Positions 12,368 to 24,720 of a DNA stretch of 64,000 nt are shown here, piece by piece. Numbering within the stretch: position 1 is the stretch's first letter; every line of letters begins with the position of its first letter. The notes below the pieces were generated by a model. The model was given only the letters and a program-made list of their open reading frames with translations, was not told where the DNA came from and did no database searches. This DNA is from Octopus bimaculoides (lineage: Eukaryota), in contig NC_068982.1 of assembly GCF_001194135.2 (NCBI RefSeq), positions 1,575,111-1,639,110 of the forward strand. Reading direction: 5' to 3'. Both the position numbers and the translations under genes were made by a program.

Positions 12368-13321
12368 TAGGGTGCGGTGAATAAACTGTCGTCTGAATTA
12401 CGTAAAAATGAAAATAACACTGATATATCATCTTAACAAAATTACATAAAAAATTATCTTAAAATAATGAAGAGTAACTGTATTCAAAAAAATCACCATT
12501 GGCTTCAATCACGACCTCAAGACGACTTCGGAATCTCCTGCTACTCGTCTGGACGGTTTCCTTGTTGGTGAATGTTGCCATAATCCTTGCCTTCAGTTAA
12601 TCTTTGGTGTTACAAAGAGTTATGTTGGTATTTCGCTCAATTATACCCCACACATAATAATTAAGGGGGTTGCAGTCTAGGGAGTTATGTGGCCAGATGT
12701 TAGAGGTTATGTGGTCACAGAAATTTTCTGACAACCATGACTGGGTTCTCCTGCTTGTGTGGCATGGTGCAGAGTCCTGTTGCCAGACACAGGGTCTTCC
12801 AGCAGCCAGTCTCTTGACCGAGGGCAGCATTACATCTTCCAGGCACTTGATGTAGGCCTCCGTATTTAGTCTGAGGTTGTGTGAGAAGATGAATGGAGGC
12901 ATAACGTCGCCATCACTAGTGATCACTCCAAACACTATGATGTTGACTGGATGTTTTGATTTTTATCACTCTCGGTACATGTCNNNNNNNNNNGCCATCA
13001 CTAGTGATCACTCCAAACACTATGATGTTGACTGGATGTTTTGATTTTTATCACTCTCGGTACATGTCTTCAGATTGCACTGTCCTCAGATTGACACCGA
13101 AACACTATGAAATATATGTTCGTATTGGAGCTGACTGCGGGAATGCCAAGCATATCGTTTCCAATTTTCTGGCAGGGTGAATTACGTCATGGTGCTGTGT
13201 TTCTCACAGGTGGTACGCAACTGAGCCTACCATACTGTGTAGTCGACAAAATCGAAAACAAACAAGACGCATGCGCGAAATTAAAAAAATAATATAGCGA
13301 CAATTTACACATCGCACACTG
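12368..13321 (-). mobile_element. maT/DD37D (Tc1-mariner superfamily) transposon, internally deleted, both TIRs present
   Basis: TA flanks at 12366-67 and 13322-23, with degenerate ~25-bp TIRs (TAGGGTGCGGTGAATAAACTGTCG vs CAGTGTGCGATGTGTAAATTGTCG). ORF 12597..12935 has WQQDSAPCH..37 aa..NPLNYYVW. N-terminal remnant FTLPENWKR near 13160..13190. Confidence 0.9.
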
Positions 13322-14806
13322 TATAAGTATATTTATGTGTGTGTGTGTGTGCGTGTGTGTGCTGCTGGAAACAGAGAATCCAGTTCAGCTTGTTGCATGT
13401 TTGGATCATCAACAACTAAGCCGGCACCCCCACGACGATTGATTGATGAGAAGGGTTTTTAAAAACTCAGTAGGAGTAAAACCAAGAGCTTTTTAAAGGA
13501 CAGATGAACCTAGTGTGGGTTCAACTGGTATCTAGTCATAGCACGGGGAGAGAGGTAACCCTTCGCTTTTGTTAAAGCATGTCCCTAGGAGAAGGTCACT
13601 TTGATATAAAACAAGGTTGGTAGGGAATGGCACTGGACATTTCGGGGATCATTTGTTTGCGCTTCAGACCATGGTGCTCCCGCATTACTGAGTCTGCGAC
13701 GCATATTGCCACTCGATATCTTGTTTCTTCGTTTCAGACATGTTTTGGTGAATATATATTTAACAAGTCTATTGTGCGTACATGTGTTTGTTGGCGTTAA
13801 GTTTTTGGAGCCAATGTGATAGATTCGGGTTATCAGCAGTCAATGACTTACACACACACATACACAAACAGACACATACACACACGCATCCATATACACA
13901 CACCCGTTTTCTAACACATTCAGCAAGACAGACACAAATATTGAAACTGTGTTTTGTTTGATGTCCAATAATAAAATGGCACAAATATATCTGCGATATG
14001 ATTCCATTCTTTAAATTAATATCTAATGAAGATATTTACATCATGCAAGAATGTAATAATCTAAATAATATAACCAAAATTATTGAACTGCACATTTTTC
14101 TAAAACTAGGCGTTTTTCGAGCAAGGAAATATAGATTATCCAAATAAGTAATTCCAACTCAAAAGGAAAATTATATTGACTCCAAAGTGTATATCTGTTT
14201 AATATGAGGTCCATATACGAAGCATTCATTCTAATGAGCTGCATATATATAGTTCTAATAAATAGATAATTCTATAGATCCCAGCACATATAATGTCGTT
14301 AGTGTATTCTTCCATTTGTGAACTTGATAAATACCGCCATATTGTGACATCAACACGCATCACACGCATCCAGCTTAACGTGTGTAACAATTATTACCAA
14401 CCACAGGAGATCAAGAAATTCATTCTACGAAGCTCTATACAAAATTAATAGTGGTACACACTCAAGATCGTAGTGACTGCTCGAAGAATAAAAACAGTTT
14501 TCCTAGCTGAAGAATACATATATCATTCGTATAAATGTAAATGTAAATGGATCCGCAATTCCATCTACGCCAACCTCAAAACTTTGACAACATAGCATTA
14601 GAAAATAGAATAGCATATCAAGCAAGAGCACAGAAAGAGCGCAAACCTCCGTCAAGGCCAACGTCCTCTCAACGATTTGCCAGAGAGGATTTTTAAAATG
14701 AAAATATCTTAAATAAACTCGACTGCTCTCACAAACGAAATTACTAAAAATAAACCCGACCGCTCTCAAAAATTAAGTAAAAAAAAAAAAAAAAACAGGA
14801 AAAAAT

Positions 14807-14974
14807 AATCCAGAATTCTTGTCCGATACCGAATCGATCTCAAAATATAATCACTTCGTGCCAGTCACGAGACCAAACATCCCTGAAAGTTTCATCCGAA
14901 TCCATCCAGACAAACAAGCAAGCAAACAAACACGATTGAAAAGAATACCTCCGCCTTCGCTAAGGCAGAGGTAA
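14807..14974 (+). mobile_element. Non-autonomous Helitron/Helentron-like (HINE-type) element 3' end
   Basis: AAGTTTCATCCGAATCCATCC block and (AAAC)-like microsatellite, then a terminal hairpin TACCTCCGCCTT-CGCT-AAGGCAGAGGTA (14946..14973, 11/12 paired). Confidence 0.55.
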
Positions 14975-17900
14975 GAAACATTTTGTCGTTTCTTGGCCTT
15001 TTTCCTCTTCCCAGATTTTCTAGTTTTCTAGTACCAAACCAAGGCAAGTCTTTGAATTACATGTTTATTAAAGTGTTCTAGTTAAAACTGATCAAGTGTT
15101 CAGAAACAAAAAGAATTGATAATAAATTCCATACGAAATTTAGCCTGATAATCTAATCTCGTATCAATTGCCTCATTCCTTACGCAACTCAACATGTTCA
15201 GCAATAAACTGTTCCAAGCCGAAATTTTCCTGAAATTAGCAAAGAGTTAAGTTATAAATTATTGCAATTTAATGTGAAGAATTCAAAATTATTTATACAG
15301 TAGCTTTTAAGAGTTGAACAAGATAAAATGTTTCAAATATTTCTAAAACAATTATATAAGAAATATGAAACCTGCTTTGTATAATAAACTGTATATTACT
15401 ACCAAGATTCACATTAATATCATCAGATCTAATATACTTTATGGTATCTAACATAGAGGTATATGAATATGAATGAATATAACGCTATTATCCATAAAGT
15501 ATATTACAAAAATTGTATAATGTACTACTTGATAGTCAGTGTCTGATACTTTAGACTATGAATATTTATTTAATGTTGTTATAAAGTAATATAAAGTACC
15601 GAGAATTGTCAATAAAGAAGTTCCAGTCAGCGCTGATATGTTGCATTCGTAATCACTGCCATTCACACTTTCATCTAGGTCAAAGAATACTGTATTAAAT
15701 ATTATTATGTTACGTCTCGGGAAGACGCAAAAGACATTACAGAAAGAGGACCCCCACCCTCTGTTCTTTGACAGTTTCTGGCAAATGTTCACCGAACAAC
15801 TCGATGTTAACACCACCGTCAAAGTCTCAAACTTTTCCTTCGTGTTACAGAAGTGATGTCAGTAAAAATATTGTACATTTGGCTTGTACATTAACGACCA
15901 AATATTACTGATTTCATAAGGTGTCGGACAATCACTCTTTCTTTACATGTTAACGATCTATATTAAGACTCTGGATGCAAAACAAATCTACTAAAGTAGA
16001 TTATTTGAAAATTAAGTGTATTAGCCAAAGAATTATATTTGCAGTATTAATTTTTAAAAAAACTTAGTCAACCTATATGACTCACCTAGGTTTAGATTTC
16101 ATTACATAATCACGAACAGTTCAGTCAATCAATAAAGACATTTTCCGATCACAGTAATTATCTACACATCATATGAAAAATATCGAACACTTAAAAAAAT
16201 GTTTCTTTCAAATATTGCATTTATCATTACCGTAACAGTAATTCCTGTAATGATCTAATCGGTGTCCTGTGACAGAACTGTCGAATTCTTTACTTCTAAT
16301 TTCCTTTTCCAATTGAAAATTCTAACATCACCTTTTATCGTAAATTTTTATTCTAGTCTATTTGCAATATTTAATAATAGATATTTTTTTTTACATTGTA
16401 AAAATTCGATTGCAAAATGTAAGAGGTCGCGCTACTTTGATATTAATGTTAGATGCAAGAGGACGTTAAATATTTTTTTTACATAGCTTGAAAAGAGGAC
16501 ATCTCTAATTTTATGATGGTATTAATAGCTTCAAACATTGTATATAGAAGAATCCAATTAAATGAAAAACATTTTGCTAAACAACAATGAAAAATGACTC
16601 TGTGTTCAAGATGAGAGAATGCATTGAAAGATTAGTCTCCAATGAGATTAGTAAGAGAATCGGAGCGTTGTCAAACGATTAAAAAGTAAGGGGAAAAGAA
16701 ACCTTTATAAGTACGAATGAAGATTATAGAGAAGGACTAAATACTAAATATAAGTGGCCGCAAGGTGGAAAAAATTACAATGGAACGCCTTCTGTTCAAG
16801 ATATGTTCTTTCAAAATAATTCTCTTTTCACTATCAAAAGTATAGAAATAAAACATTGAGAACTTAAAACGTTAGGTATATGATATTGAGGCAGCTCAAA
16901 GAAAAGTATATGAAGTTGAGAAATTAAAAAAGATGTGGTAATGTAATGCATATTTTATTCTCTTTTTTTTTTTGGCAGTCTAAGTTCTATTGTTATAAAC
17001 ATCGATTGGTGCGGACGATAGTCGCATCATTTACACTAGAACTAAGTTATTGTATATGTGTAAACATCTAATTTAACTAATAAACATCATCTTGTAGATG
17101 TGGGAAAATTAATTTATGGTAACATAGTTAATTCGTAATAAAGAACTGTGTATTTCTAAAAGGAATACAATATATTCGACTAACTATCTGTAAATATTTG
17201 AATAGCAAGGAGATAATGTACATATTAACTAAACTCTATTGTATTCCACATACATACATACATACATACATACATACATGTATGAACATATATATATATA
17301 TACATATATATATGTATATGAATATGTATGTTTGTGTGTATTTATATATATGCGCATGTGTGTGTGTGTGTGTACATGTACACGCGTGTATGTGTTTATG
17401 TTTTTCTTTTCTTTGTATTAATTTCCAAGCAATTATAAACGATAATTGAGTCTTCACTGAGACGTACTATTTCTTCAATATTGATTATGAAATTTTGTCT
17501 GTGCGCATATCATATTCAGAATGAAATACATATGTAATTATGCTAGGTGGCATCGCTTCCTTTAAAGCAAACATTGTAAATAGAAAAGGAAAATGACGTT
17601 ACAATTCATATTTGGGAAAGGAAACAAAAGATGTGAGACAGGTAGAAAACGGAGAGTTAAATTCTAAATGCAGGTAAATGAAATATGCTGAATTACATTG
17701 AAAATAATATATAATGTTTCTGATTGTATTTTTATAACATAGGCATTGTGTCTGTTATATTATTGTGAAGGCCACAATAGCCAGTGTTAGTATCAATGTG
17801 ACGCCATTGTTTTATACATGTTCTTTAATGCTTTATTTGTTTTAACCATCACTGTTATAACTAAGCGAAAGCAACGTTTTCAAAAGAAAGACTTGGCGCA

Positions 17901-18244
17901 TTCGTGATGGAGGCTCTACTTAACGCTCGACTTCCAAGAAATAACAACGAAATATGCTTCAACCAGTAACGGAGGTTCTTACGGAAAAAAATACCTTTTA
18001 TAATGTAACCATATAAACGCGAAGAATGGAGTTTGAAGGAATCGCTTTTCCTCATAGATCTGTTCGATTACAGCAGATTTAAGGCAAAGCAACATCAATA
18101 AAAATTTGAATAAAAATACACATTAGTATTTACAACTGGATTAGCTTTTCGACTGAGATTAAATTTATTCGATACTAAGCCTACACACATATCACCCTCT
18201 TCCAAACACATGCATCTGTTCACACACACACACACACACACATA

Positions 18245-18819
18245 CGAGATGCATTCCAGAAAAATTTACGCTTTTTTTTAAGAGAGGCAGTTATAACCGC
18301 CCTAGATTATTTTCATTTTCGTATAACATTACTATACATCCACTGAGCTAACCTTCTAATATTTATTATTCCATATTGAAGGAATCGACTGCAACAGCTC
18401 TGAACACACTCTACTAAACACTAATTGTCTCAGGTGACTAATTTGTAGAATGATTTCAGGACAAAAATATAACTCTTAAGCTCTCTATGCAATAAAGGTT
18501 TGTGTTAAGCCGGGCACAAACGCTACAGATTGCTTTTGGATTAACTTGTTTAAGCCTACCATCTGTTTTTCACTCGAACGAGAGGACAGGCAAAAGAAGT
18601 CCTCTGCGTAGCTCATGAGGATCCTCTTTTTCCACATCCGTTGACTTCTTCTGATGTTCAACAATGTATTCCTTAATGTGCGTTTTATAAAATCTATTTT
18701 TTATATCATTAATAATTTGAAATTTGAAAATCCTCGAAGAGAATTTATTGAAATATTATGGAAATGTTATTGGTAAATCTTTAAGAAATTAAATGCACAT
18801 TAACTTAAGCAGTTTTATA
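18245..18819 (+). mobile_element. Old mariner-family transposon, 5' part
   Basis: TA|CGAGATGCATTCCAGAA start. Translation YAIKVCVKPGTNATDCF at 18486..18536 resembles the mariner N-terminal HTH motif YAIKFCVKLGKNATET. Confidence 0.5.
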
Positions 18820-20011
18820 TCAGGTCATCCCATAAGTTCTATCCGAATTTTGAATAAAGAAAACAAGTGATCAAATGTTATAGTTAATTGAAATTTAATC
18901 ATCAATGTACTTTCCCTGATTATCTATAACTTCCTTCCATCTATTTACAAGCTTTTTAATCCCATCAATGTAAAACTACGAAACAAATGGTAATCCGAAG
19001 GAGCAAGGTCGGGAGAATAAGGTGGTTGAGGAATTTTTTTCCCAACGAAGCTCTTCGATCTTCTGTGATGTGATCTTTGCAGTTTGGCGTCGCGCATTGT
19101 CCTGATGAAACACCACTCCTTTTCGATTCATTAAAGCGGGTATTTTTTCTTCAAAGCTTGGTTCAAATGCTCTAATTGCTGACAGTAGACTTGAACATTG
19201 ATTGTTGCATTAGGTGGTAACAATTCAAAGTGAATTACTCCTTTGCAATTCCACCAGATAGAGAAAAGAAACTTTTTTCCATGAAGTTACCTTCTCGGTT
19301 GTGGTTGAGCTTTTCCTCTTTTACCAAGCCACTGTTTTGCGACGTTTAACATTTCAATAGAAGATCCATTTTCCATCACCAGTCACAAGTCTCTCCAAAA
19401 ACGGTGAAATGAGTTCGCGAGAATGGAGAGAAGAGCATATGTCAACTCGGGATATGCGGTTGCTTTCAGACAAATCATGAGGCACCCATTTTCCAAGTTT
19501 AGGAACCTTTAGAAGTTGTTGAAGATGACGATGAACTAATCTTGAACTAAGCTTTATTATCAATTCTTCAACTGATAATGCAGGATTTTCTTCAAGTAAT
19601 ACCTCAAGGAGCTTATCATCAAACTCAACTGGACGTCCTGTTCGATTTCATCTTCAAGGCTGAAATCTTCATTTCTGAATTTTGTAAACCATTTTCTACA
19701 AGTTCTTTCATTCAAGTATTCTTTCCCATAAACTGAGTGTATGTTTCGAGTCGCTTCGGCTGCAGAGTTTTTCCTTTTTGTACCCATAAAGCATTATGTG
19801 CCTGAAATTCTTTTTGGATACTTTCATGTTAGAAAGGGTTTTAATAAAAGAAATTTTAATTCTATTATTCTGTAAAATAATGCTTAATTAGTTTCAATGT
19901 ACACAAATGCATAAAAATAATTTTAAATTCCATTAGACATTCTAAAATACCATTAAATTTCATTCAATTTTAAAAAAGGTAAAATCGGACACAACTTATG
20001 GGATGACCTGA
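18820..20011 (-). mobile_element. mariner (DD34D) transposon, near full length, transposase pseudogene
   Basis: 27-bp TIRs (TCAGGTCATCCCATAAGTTCTATCCGA, 25/27 match) with TA duplications at 18818-19 and 20012-13. Frameshifted transposase 19827..18895 with WVPHDL, VTGDGKW, HQDNAR and YSPDLAPSDY motifs (34-residue D-D spacing), plus a deletion near the C-terminus. Confidence 0.95.
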
Positions 20012-21719
20012 TAGTCTCATGACAGTTCTTGAATAGCATCTTTGAAATCTTTTGTGGGATTCCAGTGGTTAATTGATTACTTACAATAAGTGGTTTTCTG
20101 GAACCGAATATTATACACTTAATTTAACAAATTAATGGTTTCGAATCCGAAAAAAGATATCCACAATCTTCCTCTTCGATCTGTTGTCATACATTATTCC
20201 GGATGAGATTTTTTACAAAACATCTTTCGTTCCTTTGTCCGTATTTAGTCGATGGTGTTGTCAGAACAAATATAATGTGAGAAAACTGTTAGTTTACAGA
20301 AATCAGGTGAGGATTAAAATCGCCAGATAAGTTTCGTTTATAATTCGAACTCTTAATTTAATAGCTTAATCTGACTTTTAACATTAAAGTTATATTCTGA
20401 TATATGTCAATAAGCTGGGGTTGCAACAAGATTGTAAGAGGCTCCACTGAACCCTTTATGATCAATCGATTTATACTTTTAGTGTATAATTTGACGTTTG
20501 CAAGTTTGTCTTCTGCTTTTGATCATTTTGTGTTTTCTGAATACTCTTTTAGTTCGTGTGTCTTGCCTCAATAATGGGACATTTTGACGGATAACCTGAA
20601 TGACTAATGAAGTAGTTTGATTAATAACTAGAAAATTGACTAAAATGTGACTATATCAAGGTAATAACTGAGGAAATAACTCAGCAAGCGACAATGAATT
20701 AAACTGTGAATCGATTATTTTAAAGCATAGAAATTGTTATGCGCTGGAATCCGGAAAAAAACTTGAAACAAAACCTGAAACAACAATTCTAATCTGCAAC
20801 GAATAATATGTTCAATGAAATTTAATTTCACTCATATTCAGAAACAAAACTTCACAATCCGAAAAATTCCCATTTTGAAGCATATTAAAGATTAAAAATG
20901 TAAGCGGAAATATATGAAAACAAGGAGAGATTCCGGAATGATTCCTCCCAGAAATTACCAATAAAACCCGTTCATAATGAATCTGAACCACAAAAATATT
21001 TAAATATAACATGGGTTTAGAGGAAACGTATATAACCAAATTAGACGAGCTTAAATCCTCTTATCCTCAAAACAGGATATTTACTAAAACTCCAGATTGA
21101 AAAAGGCTGAAAGAAACATGAATAATAAACAAAAAAAAGCAATTCCAGACAGAACTGAAGGCATGGTAAACTTAAAAAACGCAATCGACAGAATTCACAT
21201 CATGTGGCATAGCCCGTTTGTGAGAAACCGATGATAATTTTTTCATACAGAAGCATTTCAACACAACGACTCTAATTTATTTTGGTATATATCTTTTCAG
21301 CATGTATGTGGAATTGTTACATTTCACTACAGAATTTCCAGATGTCGGCAATACATTTCGTATAGAGAGTAATATTGCATATAACTATGACACAAAAAAA
21401 TGAATCCATGCTAGAATTTTATTTGGTATTAACTGTTTTGATTTATTTCCTATAAATACCCCATCAGTATTTTAATGAAATTCCAGCTAGATGAATTACT
21501 TTGGGCCATTAGTTGTGGTCAAGCAGGTTACGGAGTAAAGAAATTCTCGTAATGGCTAGTCTGATTAGATATATTTCATCGATATATTTTATATCATCCA
21601 TCATGCTTGTCCTTTTATCGACAGAAGATTGGACGTTTTGAGATACATGACTGTCATTTCTTGGAGATGAAACGACAATGTACAGCCTCTTTTCTTGGAT
21701 TGTTAGCTATCAATACAGT

Positions 21720-21895
21720 AACGGTGGGATGTGACGTAACGAGTATTCCAGTCCGATCGGAAGTTCCTTCCAACTTTTAGCATAACGAATTCTGAAATAT
21801 ATCCCGGTTACATTTGATTATAAGAATAGTGCTGCTGTCAATTAATTCAGCTGTCTTTAGTGTTTATGTCATCACTTCAAGATGGCCGGTGAGCT
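21720..21895 (+). promoter_or_regulatory. Candidate promoter / first-exon region
   Basis: CRE-like TGACGTAA (21732), ETS-like CGGAAGT (21758) and YY1-like CAAGATGGCC (21878) within ~160 bp of non-repetitive DNA. The YY1-like site overlaps an ATG in good Kozak context and is followed by a G|GTGAG donor. Confidence 0.35.
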
Positions 21896-22644
21896 TCGAA
21901 CTTAGTTCCAGGAAGCACTAGACTGGTAGTTTAGTTATCACCACATTCAAAATAATATATTAAAAATTACATTTCTTCTGCGCGGTCAAAATTGAAAAGA
22001 AGATAATTATCAGTCTTGATGGCTACATTTTCTCATCTACAATCCTCGTTCAGGTGTATAGAAAATTCCACAGACGTATACATAGTATGTGAGTGACCGC
22101 ACGCACGTTTCTATGCATAATTTTTGTTTGTTATTCTCTCCAAATATATCGTTTCTAACACTTTGATTAATTATATCTGATTTTTGGCGGAATGATTAAT
22201 GATTTTATCAGTTTTTGCGAAGAGAATATTGTTATGTTTTCCTTATGTTTTATGTATATATATATATATATATATATCATATCATATATGACTGCTCACA
22301 TACACATACACACATACGTGTGTTAATGAGTGTGTTTGTGTATGTATGTGTAGTGTGATGTAAGCATACATTACTTATGTAAAACCGTGGTTCTCTGCCT
22401 GGAAAGTCTTGCTTCAGTCATATTGGCACACGTGTCTGTTATGAAAGCGGAAATCGCCATGCGAGTGACGGTCCCGGCTTCGATAAATACACTTAAAATG
22501 ATTATCTGCAAGTGTCTTCCTGTTGCTGCTGTTCAGTGGACTTTACTTTCTTCATCAGCACGCCTCAGCCCCTTCTCATGTCTTGTTAACTGATTGTAAA
22601 ATTCTAGTCTCACGTGGAAGTGATAATCTGTAATCTTTCTGCAG

Positions 22645-22726
22645 TGTAAACGTTTTTGAATAAAAGACGAGCTCATCCCTGTATTCTGATACTGGAGTCA
22701 TCCCATCGGACATGCGCAGCACAAAG
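22645..22726 (+). other. Candidate spliced exon (82 nt, mostly non-coding)
   Basis: Acceptor TAATCTTTCTGCAG| and donor AAAG|GTCAGT. Stops in all three frames near the 5' end. ATG at 22712 (MRSTK). Confidence 0.35.
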
Positions 22727-23061
22727 GTCAGTTAGTATTGGAATCGTTCTTGCCATTAGACGAGAAAGTTGGGTGATAACTAAATCAGTTCATGGGAAGT
22801 ACAGGATCCATTTCAGTTTGCCTTGGTAAAAGAACTAGTCGCACCACTTTCTTGTGCGATAGAAGTTTTTACTCTCACTGCTAAAGCAGTGTGTTGAGTA
22901 GGAAAGCTTTTAAGATTGCAACCTGTTTGTGCCGATGCTTAGTGTTCGTTCACTCTATCCGTCTCTATCTCTCTTATCTGATTAGATAGCTTTCTCTCTC
23001 TCTCTCCTTCTTCCTCTATATATCTCACTCACTCTCTTTTGTTTTCACTGTCATATTTCAG

Positions 23062-23096
23062 ACGCTATTGTTTGCACCGACCCTAGCAAACAGGAA
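23062..23096 (+). other. Candidate micro-exon (35 nt)
   Basis: Long pyrimidine tract (~22990..23059) ending TATTTCAG| and donor GGAA|GTAAAT. Open in two frames. Confidence 0.3.
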
Positions 23097-23550
23097 GTAA
23101 ATATTTTTTAAAACTTTCAAAGACGTGAGTCTAATATAAAAACCAATATTTTTTATTTGTAATGAAAAATCAAACGAAGAGCCTAACAAGTGTCCGACGT
23201 CAAATTATTCACGCATCACAAGTATGGAAAGCGAAAGCACACACACATCTCTATTTTATATATTAGATGAAATTGTGATAATTTTTGACCAATGGACGTA
23301 AGGGAGAAAATCAATTTCTGAAAGTTACTTCGCAAAGAGTTACCTCCCTTTTCCATGTAACCTAGGAACGGGTGTTTTCTACCCACACTCAGGGGTCCGT
23401 TACTCATTATGTGAAAAAAATGTTTAAAGTCTAAAACCATCTCTGGAACATAAATAGTGCATGTTCCCAGTTTGGAGAAAATCAGTTGACAAATACGGCC
23501 GTTATAATCTTTTACACACATACACCCTCACCCCCACACAGAGAACAGGA

Positions 23551-23554
<4 letters not shown>

Positions 23555-23602
<48 letters not shown>

Positions 23603-23630
23603 TATATATATACACACGCACATATACACA
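23555..23630. repeat. (TA)n microsatellite
   Basis: Direct reading. Confidence 0.95.
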
Positions 23631-24010
23631 TATATTTGATACATACTCCTTGATACTCTGAGTTTCAAGCGAGTGGCTAGTCTCCGGCCATTGGTGTCCG
23701 AATGAGAGTTCCATTGAAGATAGTTAATGTTTATTACTGGTCGTTAACCGGCGACTGGTGGAGAAAGGTGACGCAGTATAGCAGTTTTATCTCGGTACTT
23801 CAGCGACAACAATTAGTTAGAAAATAGCGCATGGTGAACAAGAAATTGACCGCGTCGTGAAGAGGAAATCGACCGCGTGGTGGACAAGGAATCGGACGTG
23901 TGTTTGGGAGAAGTAGGAAGGAGTGGTAGATATGAGGGTACATATATGTATATATGCACATGTATATGTCCATATACCTCCGAGTATGCATCCGTACTTA
24001 TACGAGTGTA

Positions 24011-24394
24011 TTGGGTTGACAACTATGTTCCCGCCGTTTTTTAAAAAAATTTTTGAAGTTTTTGCCTTTTTAAATTTTGGAATCTAATTCTGTCAAGAAT
24101 TCTTTTTTTGAATCATTTGGGAAACTATTTTCTGTTTTTTTTTTCTAGCTAATTTTAGTTAATTTTTGTTTATTTCAGATCATTAAAATGGAATGTCAAG
24201 TTAAGAAAATCGAGCATTTTCGACATCTCCTACTTTTTGCTTTTAATCAAGGCTCTAAGGCCGCAAAAGCTGCTCGCGACATTTGTGCTGTGTATGGAGA
24301 GGGTCCCATAGCTGAAAGAACCGCTCGTGATTGGTATGCCATGTTCAAAAATGGAAATTTTGACCTCAAAGTCGCACCTCGTTCTGGCCGTCCA
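24011..24394 (+). mobile_element. mariner transposon 5' fragment with intact N-terminal HTH coding region
   Basis: TA|TTGGGTTGACAAC TIR start. ORF 24188 reads MECQVKKIEHFRHLLLFAFNQGSKAAKAARDICAVYGEG..TARDWYAMFKNGNFDLKVAPRSGRP and is truncated after GRP. Confidence 0.9.
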
Positions 24395-24642
24395 GAATGG
24401 AATAAGCAGAACAAGAACACACATGAAGGTTGAAAGTATCGCTGAAGAGGTCACAGATGTGTGACGAAAGATTTACGGACAATGGATATCAGTTAGATTA
24501 AGAACGGTAAGAAACGAGTGAAGAAGGAATGTACAGTGCGTGCGTTTATTTGGCAAGAAAAAAAAAGACCATCCGGAAATGCAATATCTGTTTCAACACA
24601 CGACTTCACATCAGGAAGCTTGCAGCAGAAATTAATGAACGT

Positions 24643-24644
<2 letters not shown>

Positions 24645-24703
<59 letters not shown>

Positions 24704-24720
24704 CAACACGCGCACACACG
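24645..24720. repeat. (CA)n microsatellite
   Basis: Direct reading. Confidence 0.95.

Noticed and set aside
12909-13068. Exact 75-bp tandem duplication (12909..12983 = 12994..13068) around a 10-N gap
   Set aside because: This is the signature of unmerged contig overlap in scaffolding, not a biological duplication.
23083-23267. Minus-strand Helitron-like TC...CTAG segment
   Set aside because: No subterminal hairpin, and the flanks do not form the A|T insertion site. If it were real it would weaken the 23062..23096 micro-exon.
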